Shown here: in pieces, positions 34,618-44,534 of the stretch
How positions within the stretch are numbered: position 1 is the first letter of the stretch
Layout of the letters: every line of letters begins with the position of its first letter
Assembly: GCA_964019335.1 (NCBI GenBank)
Contig: OZ025730.1
Coordinates: 1-64,000, forward strand
Reading direction: 5' to 3'
Source: Diplonema japonicum
Taxonomy: Eukaryota; Protista; Euglenozoa: Diplonemea
Length of the DNA stretch: 64,000 nucleotides
Notes under the pieces: model-generated
Databases searched by the model: none
The model's input: the letters and a program-made list of their open reading frames with translations, nothing else
What the model was told of the DNA's origin: nothing
Translations under genes and position numbers: made by a program

Positions 34618-34705
34618 TTCTTTGTTACTTTCTCCCCTCTGTCGACGTATTGATGGGAAACGGGATACAAAATAAATGTCTATAAAAAGAAAACCGGAGA
34701 AGAAT

Positions 34706-35569
34706 CTATTTTCTCCATGTTTTCATTGTTGTCATCGGTTTGAACGTTCGACGGTGCACGCCTTTAATCGGGCCGTGCGTCTTCAAGGCTTCCTGGTGCT
34801 TCTTTGTTCCGTATGCTTTGTGTTCATTGAAGCCGTACTCCGGGTAGGTTTCATGAATGCTGAGCAACGCGGCGTCACGGATGCTCTTAGCGATGATGGA
34901 GGCACCGGCGATGTCCTGAAAGCGAAGGTCGCCTTTCTCGACTTCGAGGGCAGGGATGCCAAAGGCAGTACCCGACGCGCCCTTAAGGGCTTTCTCCTGC
35001 TTGAAAGGCGGAGTGAGGATGGACCTCCCGTCATAGAAAACCATAGGACTCTTAACGTGGGGCAGGACAAGTTTGAGGGAGTTGTTCATTGAGTTCCGTG
35101 TGGCTTGCAATATGTTCAGCTTGTCGATTTCGTCGGGGTGCATAAGGTCCACGCTTGTGACTGCGCTGCAGTTCACAATTTCTTGGAGGAGCTGCACTCT
35201 ACTTTTCTCCGACATAAGCTTCGAATCCTTGACACCTTCTAAAAGTGTTCCCGTTGGCAGACTGAATGCTGCCGTGCATACCGGTCCCGCCCAGCACCCT
35301 CTCCCTGCCTCATCCACGCCTATGATTTGTTCCGCTCCCCACCTTTCTTTGATCTCGGCGGCGGCCGACACCATACTTCGGAGCCTCTCTACATCTTTCT
35401 CCAGCATTTTCGGCTTCACCACATTTGTTCTGACGACGGCAAACTCATCAATCACCTCTGTAACGCAGTCAGCTTTCCTCACCGCGAGGGTCTCCAAAGC
35501 GGCTGCCACTAGACTTTTGTGCTTTGGAAGGAATCGCAGCTCCTGCAATACAACTGCGCACCGTTTCAT
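34706..35569 (-). CDS. rnhB: Ribonuclease HII, bacterial-type, with N-terminal extension
   Basis: ATG at 35569. IGVDEAGRGCWAGPV, DSK, NILQAT, YDG, KGD, ASIIAK..RD, YGFNEHKAYGT..H..AL..HRRTF. Confidence 0.9.
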   Translation of the reverse strand: MKRCAVVLQELRFLPKHKSLVAAALETLAVRKADCVTEVIDEFAVVRTNVVKPKMLEKDVERLRSMVSAAAEIKERWGAEQIIGVDEAGRGCWAGPVCTAAFSLPTGTLLEGVKDSKLMSEKSRVQLLQEIVNCSAVTSVDLMHPDEIDKLNILQATRNSMNNSLKLVLPHVKSPMVFYDGRSILTPPFKQEKALKGASGTAFGIPALEVEKGDLRFQDIAGASIIAKSIRDAALLSIHETYPEYGFNEHKAYGTKKHQEALKTHGPIKGVHRRTFKPMTTMKTWRK

Positions 35570-35658
35570 TTTTCTTCCTGTTTGCAGTAAAAAGAAAAAG
35601 GGGGAAGAGGGAGAGGGCAATGAGAGGGCGGGGGGGGGTTAATAATATCAACAAAATG

Positions 35659-37233
35659 CTAGGATAAAAGATGTTTCTTCCCTTCCCGCTCGATCGCGTC
35701 GAGAAACGATGCGGCTTCGTTGAAACCCTGCATCCTCGCGAGATCGATGGGCTTGCGTGGTGTAGTAGTGGTGGTTAAGAGGTTCGGGTTGCAGGTTTTG
35801 TTCGCAACAAGGAGCTTAACGATTGAGAAAAACTTATAATACGCTGCAAAGTGCAGTGGGGTCCAGCTTTGCGTAGAGGTGGCGATGGATGCATCGGCCC
35901 CCGAGGAAAGCAGAAGGTCCACGATTTGAACACAACCGCTGCGTGCAGCATAGGATAGAGGAGTGAAACCCTTTTCATCGGGGATGTCCCCGTCCGCGTT
36001 GCCCACCAACGCCTTGACCACGTCAACAAAGCCCTCCTTCGCAGCGAGAAGCAAAGCTGTGTTCCCTTTAGACCCACGTTCATTCGTTTCGCATCTATTT
36101 TCTACCAAAACCCGAACAACAGGACCATGCCCGCGAATTGCCGCTAGCATCAAAGCGGAGTGCCCCGTCCGTGTTTTGAGATGTATATCAGCACCAGCTT
36201 CGAGGATGAGCTTAACATGCGTTGCCTTCCCTCTGAAACATTCATGGTGAAGGGCTGTGAAGCCCTTTTCGTCGTAATCGTCGATGTGCGCTGCTTCCTT
36301 TTCGAGGAGTTCTGTGAAGGCAGGGCCGTCTAATGACAGGCCGTGGAATAGTCTGCGCTCTTTGCTCCGATCCAAATATTCCCTTTCTAGTGCAGATGCT
36401 CTGCCTGTTTCGTACACAGAATATGTTGCATCATCTACCACAAGAGCCACTGTTGATTCTGCGAAGAAAACATCACAGAGAGTACAACGAACACCTCGTG
36501 TCACGGAGCCCAACCCGTACTGGGACTTATCTTTAACGTGAAGCTCAAAACAAGTGAAGCACATAACGTGCAAATCGTGGGATGGGCACTGCAACGACTC
36601 GGCAAGGTCCGCCGGTTGTAAACAGATACAACACAACACCGCTGCCTTGATGTTGTAAAGCTCCCTCTTCACATCGTACAGAGAGCCTTTCTTCATCCTG
36701 CCGATCTTCTGGAGACTGTCCAAGATGAATGAGTTGGGTATTTTGCCGGATGGCTTTCCCAGTTCCCCTACGAGGCTGATGGCAAGGGTGCTGTCTGGGA
36801 TCCTTGATGCGAACCCATTGCACAGCAAAGGTTCGTATTTTAATGACGATTGTGGTTTCGTTATCAAGATGTTGTTCGTGCAAACCTCGCCGTGGTTCAG
36901 GCCTTTGCTGTGGAGGTGCAACAGTATATCGCAGACTCTTGTGGCAATGTACAGTCTTTCTACGTCTGGGACCGCTTCGTCGCCAGCCAGCACATCAGAC
37001 AGCACTGCACCACGCGGGGCTTTGAAAATTGCAAAGCCTGGTGCCGTCGCTACCAGTTTGCGGAGGCCGTCTATCGCCACAGGCGGTACTTGTTGGTGTT
37101 CTTTAACCTTTTCGATGTATATTTCATCGGCGTGACATGTGCTTTGTCTTAAGTACTCAACGCACTTTATACTTAAATTCGCCACGTGCCCGCCAGATAA
37201 GGCGGCCTCCAGACGTGCCACTTCTTCGTGCAT
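35659..37233 (-). CDS. Pseudokinase fragment-RING-like-ankyrin repeat protein
   Basis: LHSKGLNHGEVCTNNILI (degenerate catalytic loop); CCIC..CPSHDLHVMCFTC..CTLC RING-like; about 5 ankyrin repeats (G.TALH, G.SALMLAA, G.TPL). Confidence 0.75.
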   Translation of the reverse strand: MHEEVARLEAALSGGHVANLSIKCVEYLRQSTCHADEIYIEKVKEHQQVPPVAIDGLRKLVATAPGFAIFKAPRGAVLSDVLAGDEAVPDVERLYIATRVCDILLHLHSKGLNHGEVCTNNILITKPQSSLKYEPLLCNGFASRIPDSTLAISLVGELGKPSGKIPNSFILDSLQKIGRMKKGSLYDVKRELYNIKAAVLCCICLQPADLAESLQCPSHDLHVMCFTCFELHVKDKSQYGLGSVTRGVRCTLCDVFFAESTVALVVDDATYSVYETGRASALEREYLDRSKERRLFHGLSLDGPAFTELLEKEAAHIDDYDEKGFTALHHECFRGKATHVKLILEAGADIHLKTRTGHSALMLAAIRGHGPVVRVLVENRCETNERGSKGNTALLLAAKEGFVDVVKALVGNADGDIPDEKGFTPLSYAARSGCVQIVDLLLSSGADASIATSTQSWTPLHFAAYYKFFSIVKLLVANKTCNPNLLTTTTTPRKPIDLARMQGFNEAASFLDAIEREGKKHLLS

Positions 37234-37379
37234 AACCAACCTAACTATTGGTAATAACCAGAAAAAAGAAACAAGAAAATACTACAAAAAAAAGAAAGGG
37301 GAGGGGGGGGGGGTTCTTCTTTCTTTTACTAAATCTATCTATGTAATATAATCTTTCCTTCGTTTTTTTTTTTTTTGTG

Positions 37380-39419
37380 TTATCTGAACCTGTTTGTCAG
37401 CGCCCGGTGCGCAGGGCAGTACGGTGCCAGCCAAGGATGAAGGAGAAGCTCCTGCACGGTGGGCCTCTCAGTGGGGTCCCACCGCATGCAAGAGGTGATG
37501 AACTCTAGAAAGTCAGACCCGTTGTCTGGTAAGAAGAGGGAGACGATGTCGCGCAGGTTTGCATGCCGTCTGTGTATTTTTCTTTCTTCTTTCCCACCCC
37601 CCTTAATCCCTTTATGCCAACACACCTATATGAAGGCGGACGAAGCAGCTTGCCGTTGCTATCAAAATACTTGGCCATGCGGCCGACGATGCAAGAAGGT
37701 GGGGGGTTCCCCATAAGCTATAAAAAAAAATTTTTTTTTTTTCATTTTGCATTTCCCCAACAAAACCCATACCTCCACAATTTGAATAATGTGGTCATCC
37801 TCTGATGAAGGTTGGAAGAGAGACCGCCCGGTGACAAGCTCGAACGCAACACACCCCAACGCCCAGACATCGCTTTGTCTAAGGAAGGTGTTCGAAAGCA
37901 GTATTTCGGGAGCTCTGCAGCATTTGCTGGAATGAGTCAGATGATAGGTGGGTGGAGGGAGGTTGTGGTTCGGGAAGCAGCAAGCGGCGCCGACATACGC
38001 CAGCACCACCTGACGGTAGTCATCTAGCGAGCCTTCTATATGCTTGCAAGGTGTGTCCGGGTACAGGGCATCGAACATAGCCGAGCGTATCCCCACAGGG
38101 GGTGTTTTGTACCTAAGAGAACCAACGCACAACGAACCGTGGTGGAGCATCCCTGCTTCGTAGAAACTTGACAGCGCGGAGATAGTTGATATCACAACAT
38201 CCCGTGAGAGGTCTTCAGCATGGCCAGCGTTGTGTGTTGTGCAAGGCGTGTCCCCGGTCACACGACGGACACCAAGTGTCACTTCAGAACCTTGTGCGTC
38301 ATGGCTGACGAAGGTGCTTGTCACAAGAGCGTGGGGGATGTTGTTGAGAAGGGGGGCAACATTTTGCTCGCGTTGCGCCGTTTCCGCTGCGTGGGGCGGG
38401 AGAATGTCCAACTGCACAAACGGGGTTTCATTCTTCGGAGCCTGTTCGTCCCTTGCTACCCACCCGCACATTGTTTCTTTGACTAGTAAAAACCGCCCGA
38501 CTCTGGTTTGTTGGAACCCACCCGCCGGTTTCAAAGTTTTACTCCTGGATCTGGATCTAGATCTAGATCTGGACCTGGATCGGGGTTTTAATTTGACCCC
38601 CCTTCGCGGGCTTGGGCTGACGCTCGCAGGCGGTGACGAACTGACGGACTTTTTCCGCCCGCTGTACAACCTGTCAAAAACACATTGCTGCGCTTTCTTA
38701 CTCTGCTTCCTGAAAGGAGGCGAACCTGTACTCTGCATGGACCTTGGCTTCGAATGCCTCCGCCGCCTTCTCTCCTTAAACCAGGCCTGTATCTTAACAG
38801 CCATGCGTTCTTGTAGGATTCGGTTGTAAATGTGCTGAAAACCAGTGAAATCAACGACGATCTCACCGCAGGACCGTATGATGTAAGTGTGGAGGTCGTA
38901 CGTGTTGAAGACGTGGGGGGGTATGGAGAGGATCGTCTGCACGGGGTACGTGTTTAAAATTCGAAGGAACGTCGTTACGGGTGTCGGGCCTTCGAAGTAA
39001 TAGGTGAATAGATACCGCAGCCACTGTGTTTGGCTGTGTGAAAAGGGTAGAGGGATGGTGGCGGTGACGTGGTCGATTTGTGCGATGGTCTGCGTCCCGT
39101 CTTCGTACGCTACCTTTGCCTTGCCATGGCTTTGTAAGCTGCTCACTACACCAAGCCTGCCCTCTACGTGCACTGCTTTCCCTATTTTACTTCGGTCGGC
39201 CCCTCCCCGTACCTTTCTTGGTACGACCGTTGCCATGTTCCAGGCTTTCATGACGACTACAGCCATGGACCACTCGCTGTCCTCGGTTTCGCCTTCTTCT
39301 CCTTTTATGCAGACCTCATACTGATCCGATACCTCTTGCGGCCCTATGTCGCTGCCCCACTCGCTTCCCAACGCCCTGCATAGGGTCACCGCTTCTGCGA
39401 GGTCGTTTTGTAATCTCAT
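37380..39419 (-). CDS. CMGC-like (DYRK/SRPK-type) pseudokinase with IQ-like motif and RS repeat, 3 exons (642 aa)
   Basis: RAPEILL, SDVWALGCVAFELVTGRSLF, I.E.MG.PP, W.P.ERPTVQELLLHPWL after splicing introns 37718-37772 and 37570-37625. HRD and DFG are absent. Confidence 0.75.
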
Positions 39420-39986
39420 GTCCCCTTTTTTTCTTCTTCTTCTTTTTATTTATTTCATTGTGGTCCTTTCTTTTTTTCTTTTTGTTGTTGTTGTTGTGTG
39501 TGTGTGTGTGTTTTTTTTTTTTTTCTTTTTTTTTTTTTCCCCTTGGAGAAGAAAAATTGTGGTGGTGTGTGGGATAATAGAAAAAGAGCAAAAAAAAAAA
39601 AAGAAGAAGAAAAAAAAAAGACATCAAAGCACACCCCCCCCCCCCCCCCCCCCCATTCTCTCTTTTTCATTCTTTCTCTCTCTCTGTCTTTCTTTTTTTA
39701 TATTCATTTCACCTCACATTTAACCCTTCACTACCTATTTACGCAATTTACTTTTTTACCTTCATTTTTTTATAAAAAAAAAGTGGGGAGAGGGGAAGAG
39801 AGTGTAGGGATAGCAGGGTGGGGGGGGATCTTATTTCTTCTATTATTACGAACAGCCCCGTTTTCCGGGGGCAGGGTGGTTACGGTATTTCTTATTTTTT
39901 TTTTTCTTTCAACACTCTTTTTTCCTTTTTCTTTTTTTTTTTTTTTTTTTTTTCCCTCTCTTCCTTTCTCCATTTTCGCTCTTCAT

Positions 39987-40263
39987 CTAGACTGAAGCAT
40001 TGGCTTGGAACTTGTCATAGAACTCATCATCCTCCTCATCCTCATCATCTTCGTCGTCACCATCATCTGGCGCATCGTCAGTTTTTGTCATGATGTAGAC
40101 ATGGTAATGAGAGGAAGGGGCCGCATCACAGGAGAAAACCGGTTTGTCGATCGTGCGGTGGTCCACCTCCCAGCAGAGCTTCTTACGGCGGAAATGGTCA
40201 ATACGGGTATCAGGCTGACCATAGGAGACGCAGATGAACTTGGCGCCTTTCTTCATAACCCGG

Positions 40264-40303
<40 letters not shown>

Positions 40304-40826
40304 CCCCAACACATACTTTGCTTGTTGATCTGGTACGCGACGTGGAAGCTGTTGCTTCCGCACAAAAGGGCGTCGATGGTGGCCTTGATGATCACCAGGT
40401 CGAAGGTGCCGTCGCTGAACTCCATCTTGGAGCCGTCCATTCTCAACCAGCTCATCTTTTCCAACTCCTTGTAGCGGTTCTTCATCTGGTTGATGACCAC
40501 CTCCGAGATGTCGATATTTGTAATGTCGTGCACTCCAGTGTCGTACAGCTGCGCACTGAGCCCTGGTTTTTTTTTTTTTTTTTTTTTTTTGTTTTTTTTC
40601 CTCTCATACTCGAGTTTCCACACCCCACCACCAAGCACTTGCTATCCGGTTTCACAATCGGTGTCAAAATGTCCTTCAGCGGCTCGTAGCTGACGTACCA
40701 ATCGAACGTCGTGTCGTTCGCCTTGTACCGCTCATCCCAGTAATCTTGTTTTTTTTTTTTTTTTTTTTTAAATATTTTCCTTCTTTTTTTTTTCCCCTCC
40801 ATACCAGCTTTACCGTACTCCGGCAT
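39987..40826 (-). CDS. EEF1AKMT4/METTL13-N-type SAM methyltransferase, 4 exons (227 aa)
   Basis: YG..DYWDERY..FDWY, LVVGCGNSRLS, ITNIDIS.VVI, FDLVI.KAT.DAL, RVMK.G.KF...SYGQP. These motifs are only continuous after removing introns 40745-40804, 40563-40609 and 40268-40316. Confidence 0.9.
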
Positions 40827-41000
40827 ATTATTATTTTTTCTTACTCTTTTTTTTTTTTTTTTTTTTGTGTGTGTGTCTCTCCTCTCCTTCCCCCCTCCTT
40901 TTTTTCTTGATGGGGGGTTTTTTTTTTGTAGTCTACAAGGGGAACAAAAAAAAATACAAGAGAAAAAAAAAAAAAAAAAACTTCTTTTTCATCTTTCGCG

Positions 41001-42095
41001 CTACTGATCATTAGAATGCCTGTACAAAAGATGCACCCCTTGCTGGCTCGCTACCGGGTTGGAAACACTGTCCGGTTTGAGGGATGAAGCGAGTTGCAAG
41101 ACTGACGCATCGATCGGTACGGGTAGGTGAGGCAGCGTCCCGAGTAGGCCCTTTTTAGAAGCGCTAGTGCAAATGGAGTGTTTTTTCGCGTATTTTCCAA
41201 AGGCGTAGGCGGTACCCCGGCCGTCCATGTTCAGGAGGATCTCCTGTTTAGCGGAGGTGAGTTGTGCCGTGGCTTTTGCGGTGTTCCCGTCCAGCAAAAT
41301 ATGCGAGATTTTAACCGGTCCCAGAGATGTGTCCTCGGCCGGTTCTGGGACAGGCGAGACGCTTTTTTTGACTTCTATTCCGTCCCAAAAATCAGCTTTC
41401 ACCTTGTGCTCGGTTTTGTTGCCTCTGTTGCGAATTTCTATCGACGCAGCCTTGGCCTGTGCGTCACGTTCCTTTTCCTGTTCTGCTGTCATAACGGGTG
41501 GTTTCTCCTCGGCTTGTTCGATATGTTTGGTTTCGGGTTTGGCTGGTCTCGCAGGTGGTGTCAGCACCAGTTTGAAGCTTCTGGTCGACATCCCTACTCG
41601 AAGCCGGTCTTCCGGAGTGATCTTTACCGGTTTTTTATGCGGGAGCTTGGTATCGTTAATGAACGTTCCATGTTGTGTCTTAAGGTCGATGATGTAAGTG
41701 GATTTGCTCTTCTCGTGGTGGACTAAGGCAACGTGGACCCTGCTCACAGAGGGGTGTTCGAGAGGGACATCGCATACTTGGCTGTTTCTTCCAAAGAGGT
41801 AGTAAGGGCAGCCGTCGATCATTATGGTGTCGATTTGTTTCTCGCCTTTAAACACGCATAGATGCACCCCGCCACAGGGCATCCCCGCCCACTCAGGTAC
41901 GTCAAAGTACTCCTCTTGCCTGCGGAGCTTGTCTGTTGCCACCATCCCCTTCACCATCCCCTTCTTCGCTTCCAAAGCCTGCGCTGCTAAAACTTCCATT
42001 TGCTCTGCATCCAGCCCACCCTGTACACCTTGAGCTGATCTCCTCTTTTTCATATCCATCATCTGGCTCCAATCCGACTGGGCTTCCCGCTTCAT
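41001..42095 (-). CDS. FHA domain plus parvulin-type PPIase (Par45/Par42-like)
   Basis: FHA: YLFGRN..CD..LEHPSVSRVH..IIDL...HGTFIN. Parvulin: ISHILL..F..YAKKHSIC.S..K.G.LG..VSNPV.S..GVHLL.R. Confidence 0.85.
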   Translation of the reverse strand: MKREAQSDWSQMMDMKKRRSAQGVQGGLDAEQMEVLAAQALEAKKGMVKGMVATDKLRRQEEYFDVPEWAGMPCGGVHLCVFKGEKQIDTIMIDGCPYYLFGRNSQVCDVPLEHPSVSRVHVALVHHEKSKSTYIIDLKTQHGTFINDTKLPHKKPVKITPEDRLRVGMSTRSFKLVLTPPARPAKPETKHIEQAEEKPPVMTAEQEKERDAQAKAASIEIRNRGNKTEHKVKADFWDGIEVKKSVSPVPEPAEDTSLGPVKISHILLDGNTAKATAQLTSAKQEILLNMDGRGTAYAFGKYAKKHSICTSASKKGLLGTLPHLPVPIDASVLQLASSLKPDSVSNPVASQQGVHLLYRHSNDQ

Positions 42096-42569
42096 TTTTC
42101 TTTTTTCCCTTCTTTTTTTTTTTTTTTTATATGGAGAAGTTTAAAAAAAAAAAAGAAAATATGGAAAAAAAAGGGGGGGGTCAGAAGCGTGTTCACATTC
42201 TTTTTTTCTTCGAATTTTTCTTTTTTTTTTGCTAGAACGAGTCTTTGACTTGTCTAGACAAAAGGGGGAACGTTGTGTTTCGGGTTGACAAACTTCTCCA
42301 GGTTTTATCCGGCACGTTCAAAGCAACGGCCAGTTCTTCTTTTTTTTTAAAAAAAAAAAGGTTTCTTCTAACCACGGGCAAAGATAGAATAAGGAAGGAG
42401 AAAAGAGTGGAGGGAAAAAAAAAAAGAAAGAAAAAAAAAAAAGAGAAGAGAGAACAAATATTGGGATAAGAACGAGTAGTTCTCCCTTTCTTTTTATTTC
42501 TTTTTTTTTTTCTTTTCTTTTTTTTCCTTTTTCGTTTCTTTTCGTTTTTTTCTTTTTTTTTTTTTACTT

Positions 42570-43616
42570 TCAATACTCCAAGAAATTATCAATCTCGTTC
42601 AGTAAAAAGTCAAGGTTCTCCTCGAAGGGCATATGTGTGCACTCTGGTATCCTCACCACCTTCACGCCATCTATCTTGCGGTAAAGCGGGTCATTAATGG
42701 CATCATTCTCACATTCAGCGAGGAGGGTCGGGCAGGTAATGTTCGAGAGCGAAGAAACATAGTCATGGTGCATGCCCAGCGACATGAATGACCCCTTTGT
42801 GGCCCATCCTCCAGCCTTGTATTTTGGGAGTGGAACTTTTGTGGTGTCCACCTTCATGGCTGCAAAGTAGTATCGGTCAAGAACCGAATCTTCTTTACAA
42901 ATCTGCTCGTCGGACTTTTTCCACATGGCGGGGGAAAAATCTAACACCACGTTGTGGATGTGATCATGAAAGACCTTCTTATCTGTTGGATCGTCAAGTC
43001 TGTCCTCTATAATCTTGAACAAATCTTTTTCAGGCGGTGGTGGGAACACAAGTACTGCAGCAGGAGACAACAAAACAAGTTTTTCAATGTTGTCAGGGAA
43101 TTCTGAAGCGTACATTGAAGCGATGAACCCTCCCCAAGAGTGGCCTACCAGGGTCACCTTTTCGTACCCGAATGCCATACGGAGCCTTTCTATGTCAAGT
43201 ACGTCTTGTTCAAAACCGAGCTTTTCTGTTAAGTACTCTGCGTTTTTCATGAAGGACATCTCGCCGTTGCCAGGCATTGTTTCGATGGGTCTAGTGGATA
43301 GTCCGCAGCCTCGTTGGTGGTAGAAGTGCGAGAATGCGCCCTTCGGTACCTTTTTCCACGGTGCGTTCCACGCCTTTCCGGGGCCGCCGTGGATGAAGAA
43401 GATCCCCTTCCCCTCGTCTCCTGACGTCTCTTGATACAGGGTGATACCGTCGCCCACGTCTACAAGCTGCTTTCTCTTGTCCTTCTCCTTCGGGACCGCG
43501 TTGAGCTTCACGTTCTTCAGGTTTCCGGGAACGTAACACGGTCCGGTCAGCCACATCCATCCGTAGTAAGCCGCAAGGGGAATGATCACCCCGGCTGCCA
43601 ACAGGAATTTTTTCAT
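42570..43616 (-). CDS. Proline iminopeptidase-like alpha/beta hydrolase with N-terminal membrane anchor
   Basis: ATG at 43616. FIHGGPG, HQRGCGLS, DIERLR, LVGHSWGG. Confidence 0.85.
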   Translation of the reverse strand: MKKFLLAAGVIIPLAAYYGWMWLTGPCYVPGNLKNVKLNAVPKEKDKRKQLVDVGDGITLYQETSGDEGKGIFFIHGGPGKAWNAPWKKVPKGAFSHFYHQRGCGLSTRPIETMPGNGEMSFMKNAEYLTEKLGFEQDVLDIERLRMAFGYEKVTLVGHSWGGFIASMYASEFPDNIEKLVLLSPAAVLVFPPPPEKDLFKIIEDRLDDPTDKKVFHDHIHNVVLDFSPAMWKKSDEQICKEDSVLDRYYFAAMKVDTTKVPLPKYKAGGWATKGSFMSLGMHHDYVSSLSNITCPTLLAECENDAINDPLYRKIDGVKVVRIPECTHMPFEENLDFLLNEIDNFLEY

Positions 43617-43687
43617 TTTTTTTTTCTTTTCTTTTTGAACTCGTCCGATATTAGTCGGCTGTGGTGGGGGGTCTATACGAGAAGCAG

Positions 43688-43733
<46 letters not shown>

Positions 43734-44534
43734 GTTTTTTCCTTCTTTTTTTTTTTTTCTTGACACTTAACGCCAAATAGTGTTAAGCCCCATTTTTTTC
43801 ATTTTTTTTTCTTCTTCTTTCAAAGTTCTAAAGTTAGTTCCGATAGCATACCCAAATACCCGTTCGCGATCGGATGTGAAAATCCTTTTTTTTCCGGAGG
43901 ATTTGGTTTTCCCGATGGTTCAATTTCCTCGATTTTACAGTGTTAACTCACTTGTGATGAATGCAGTTTTAAAACAAAAAAAAAAACTTTTCAAGGTAAA
44001 GTCGAGGGGGGCGCTTGACCTTGACTGGTTTTAGAGACATGGGCGAAAGAAAAGGGGAAAAAAAAAAGAAGAAGAAGAAGAATGTCGAAGGAGGGTAAGC
44101 CTTTTCTTTCAGAGCTTCCCGATGACGCAGGACGTCAGCCGAGGCATCTCCGGCGGGCTGCAGCACAAGGTGAGCGGTAAGCACGCCGACTCATGTAGCT
44201 CGTGGAAAGTGTGAAGAAAGGGGGGGGGGGGGGGGGGGGGGGTAAACTGTGGTAACTGTAAAACGTTCTCTGGTTTCTCATTTTCACCATGTTATTTTTT
44301 CTTTCTCCATGGCGGATAAACCGTTTAATTCTTTCTTTCTCTCTCTCTCTCTCTCCCCCCCCCCCCCCCCCCCCCCCCTCTTTCTCCCCGACTCTTACAA
44401 TGAGGTAAGTGGGTTGAAAATGACAAAAGTAAGGCAGAAAACAAAAGATTTCCGAGAGACGTGACGAAGAGATGCGACAAAAACACCCTCCGTACCTCGA
44501 CCTATCGTACCGCGTGCGTTGTGCCGCACTGCTA

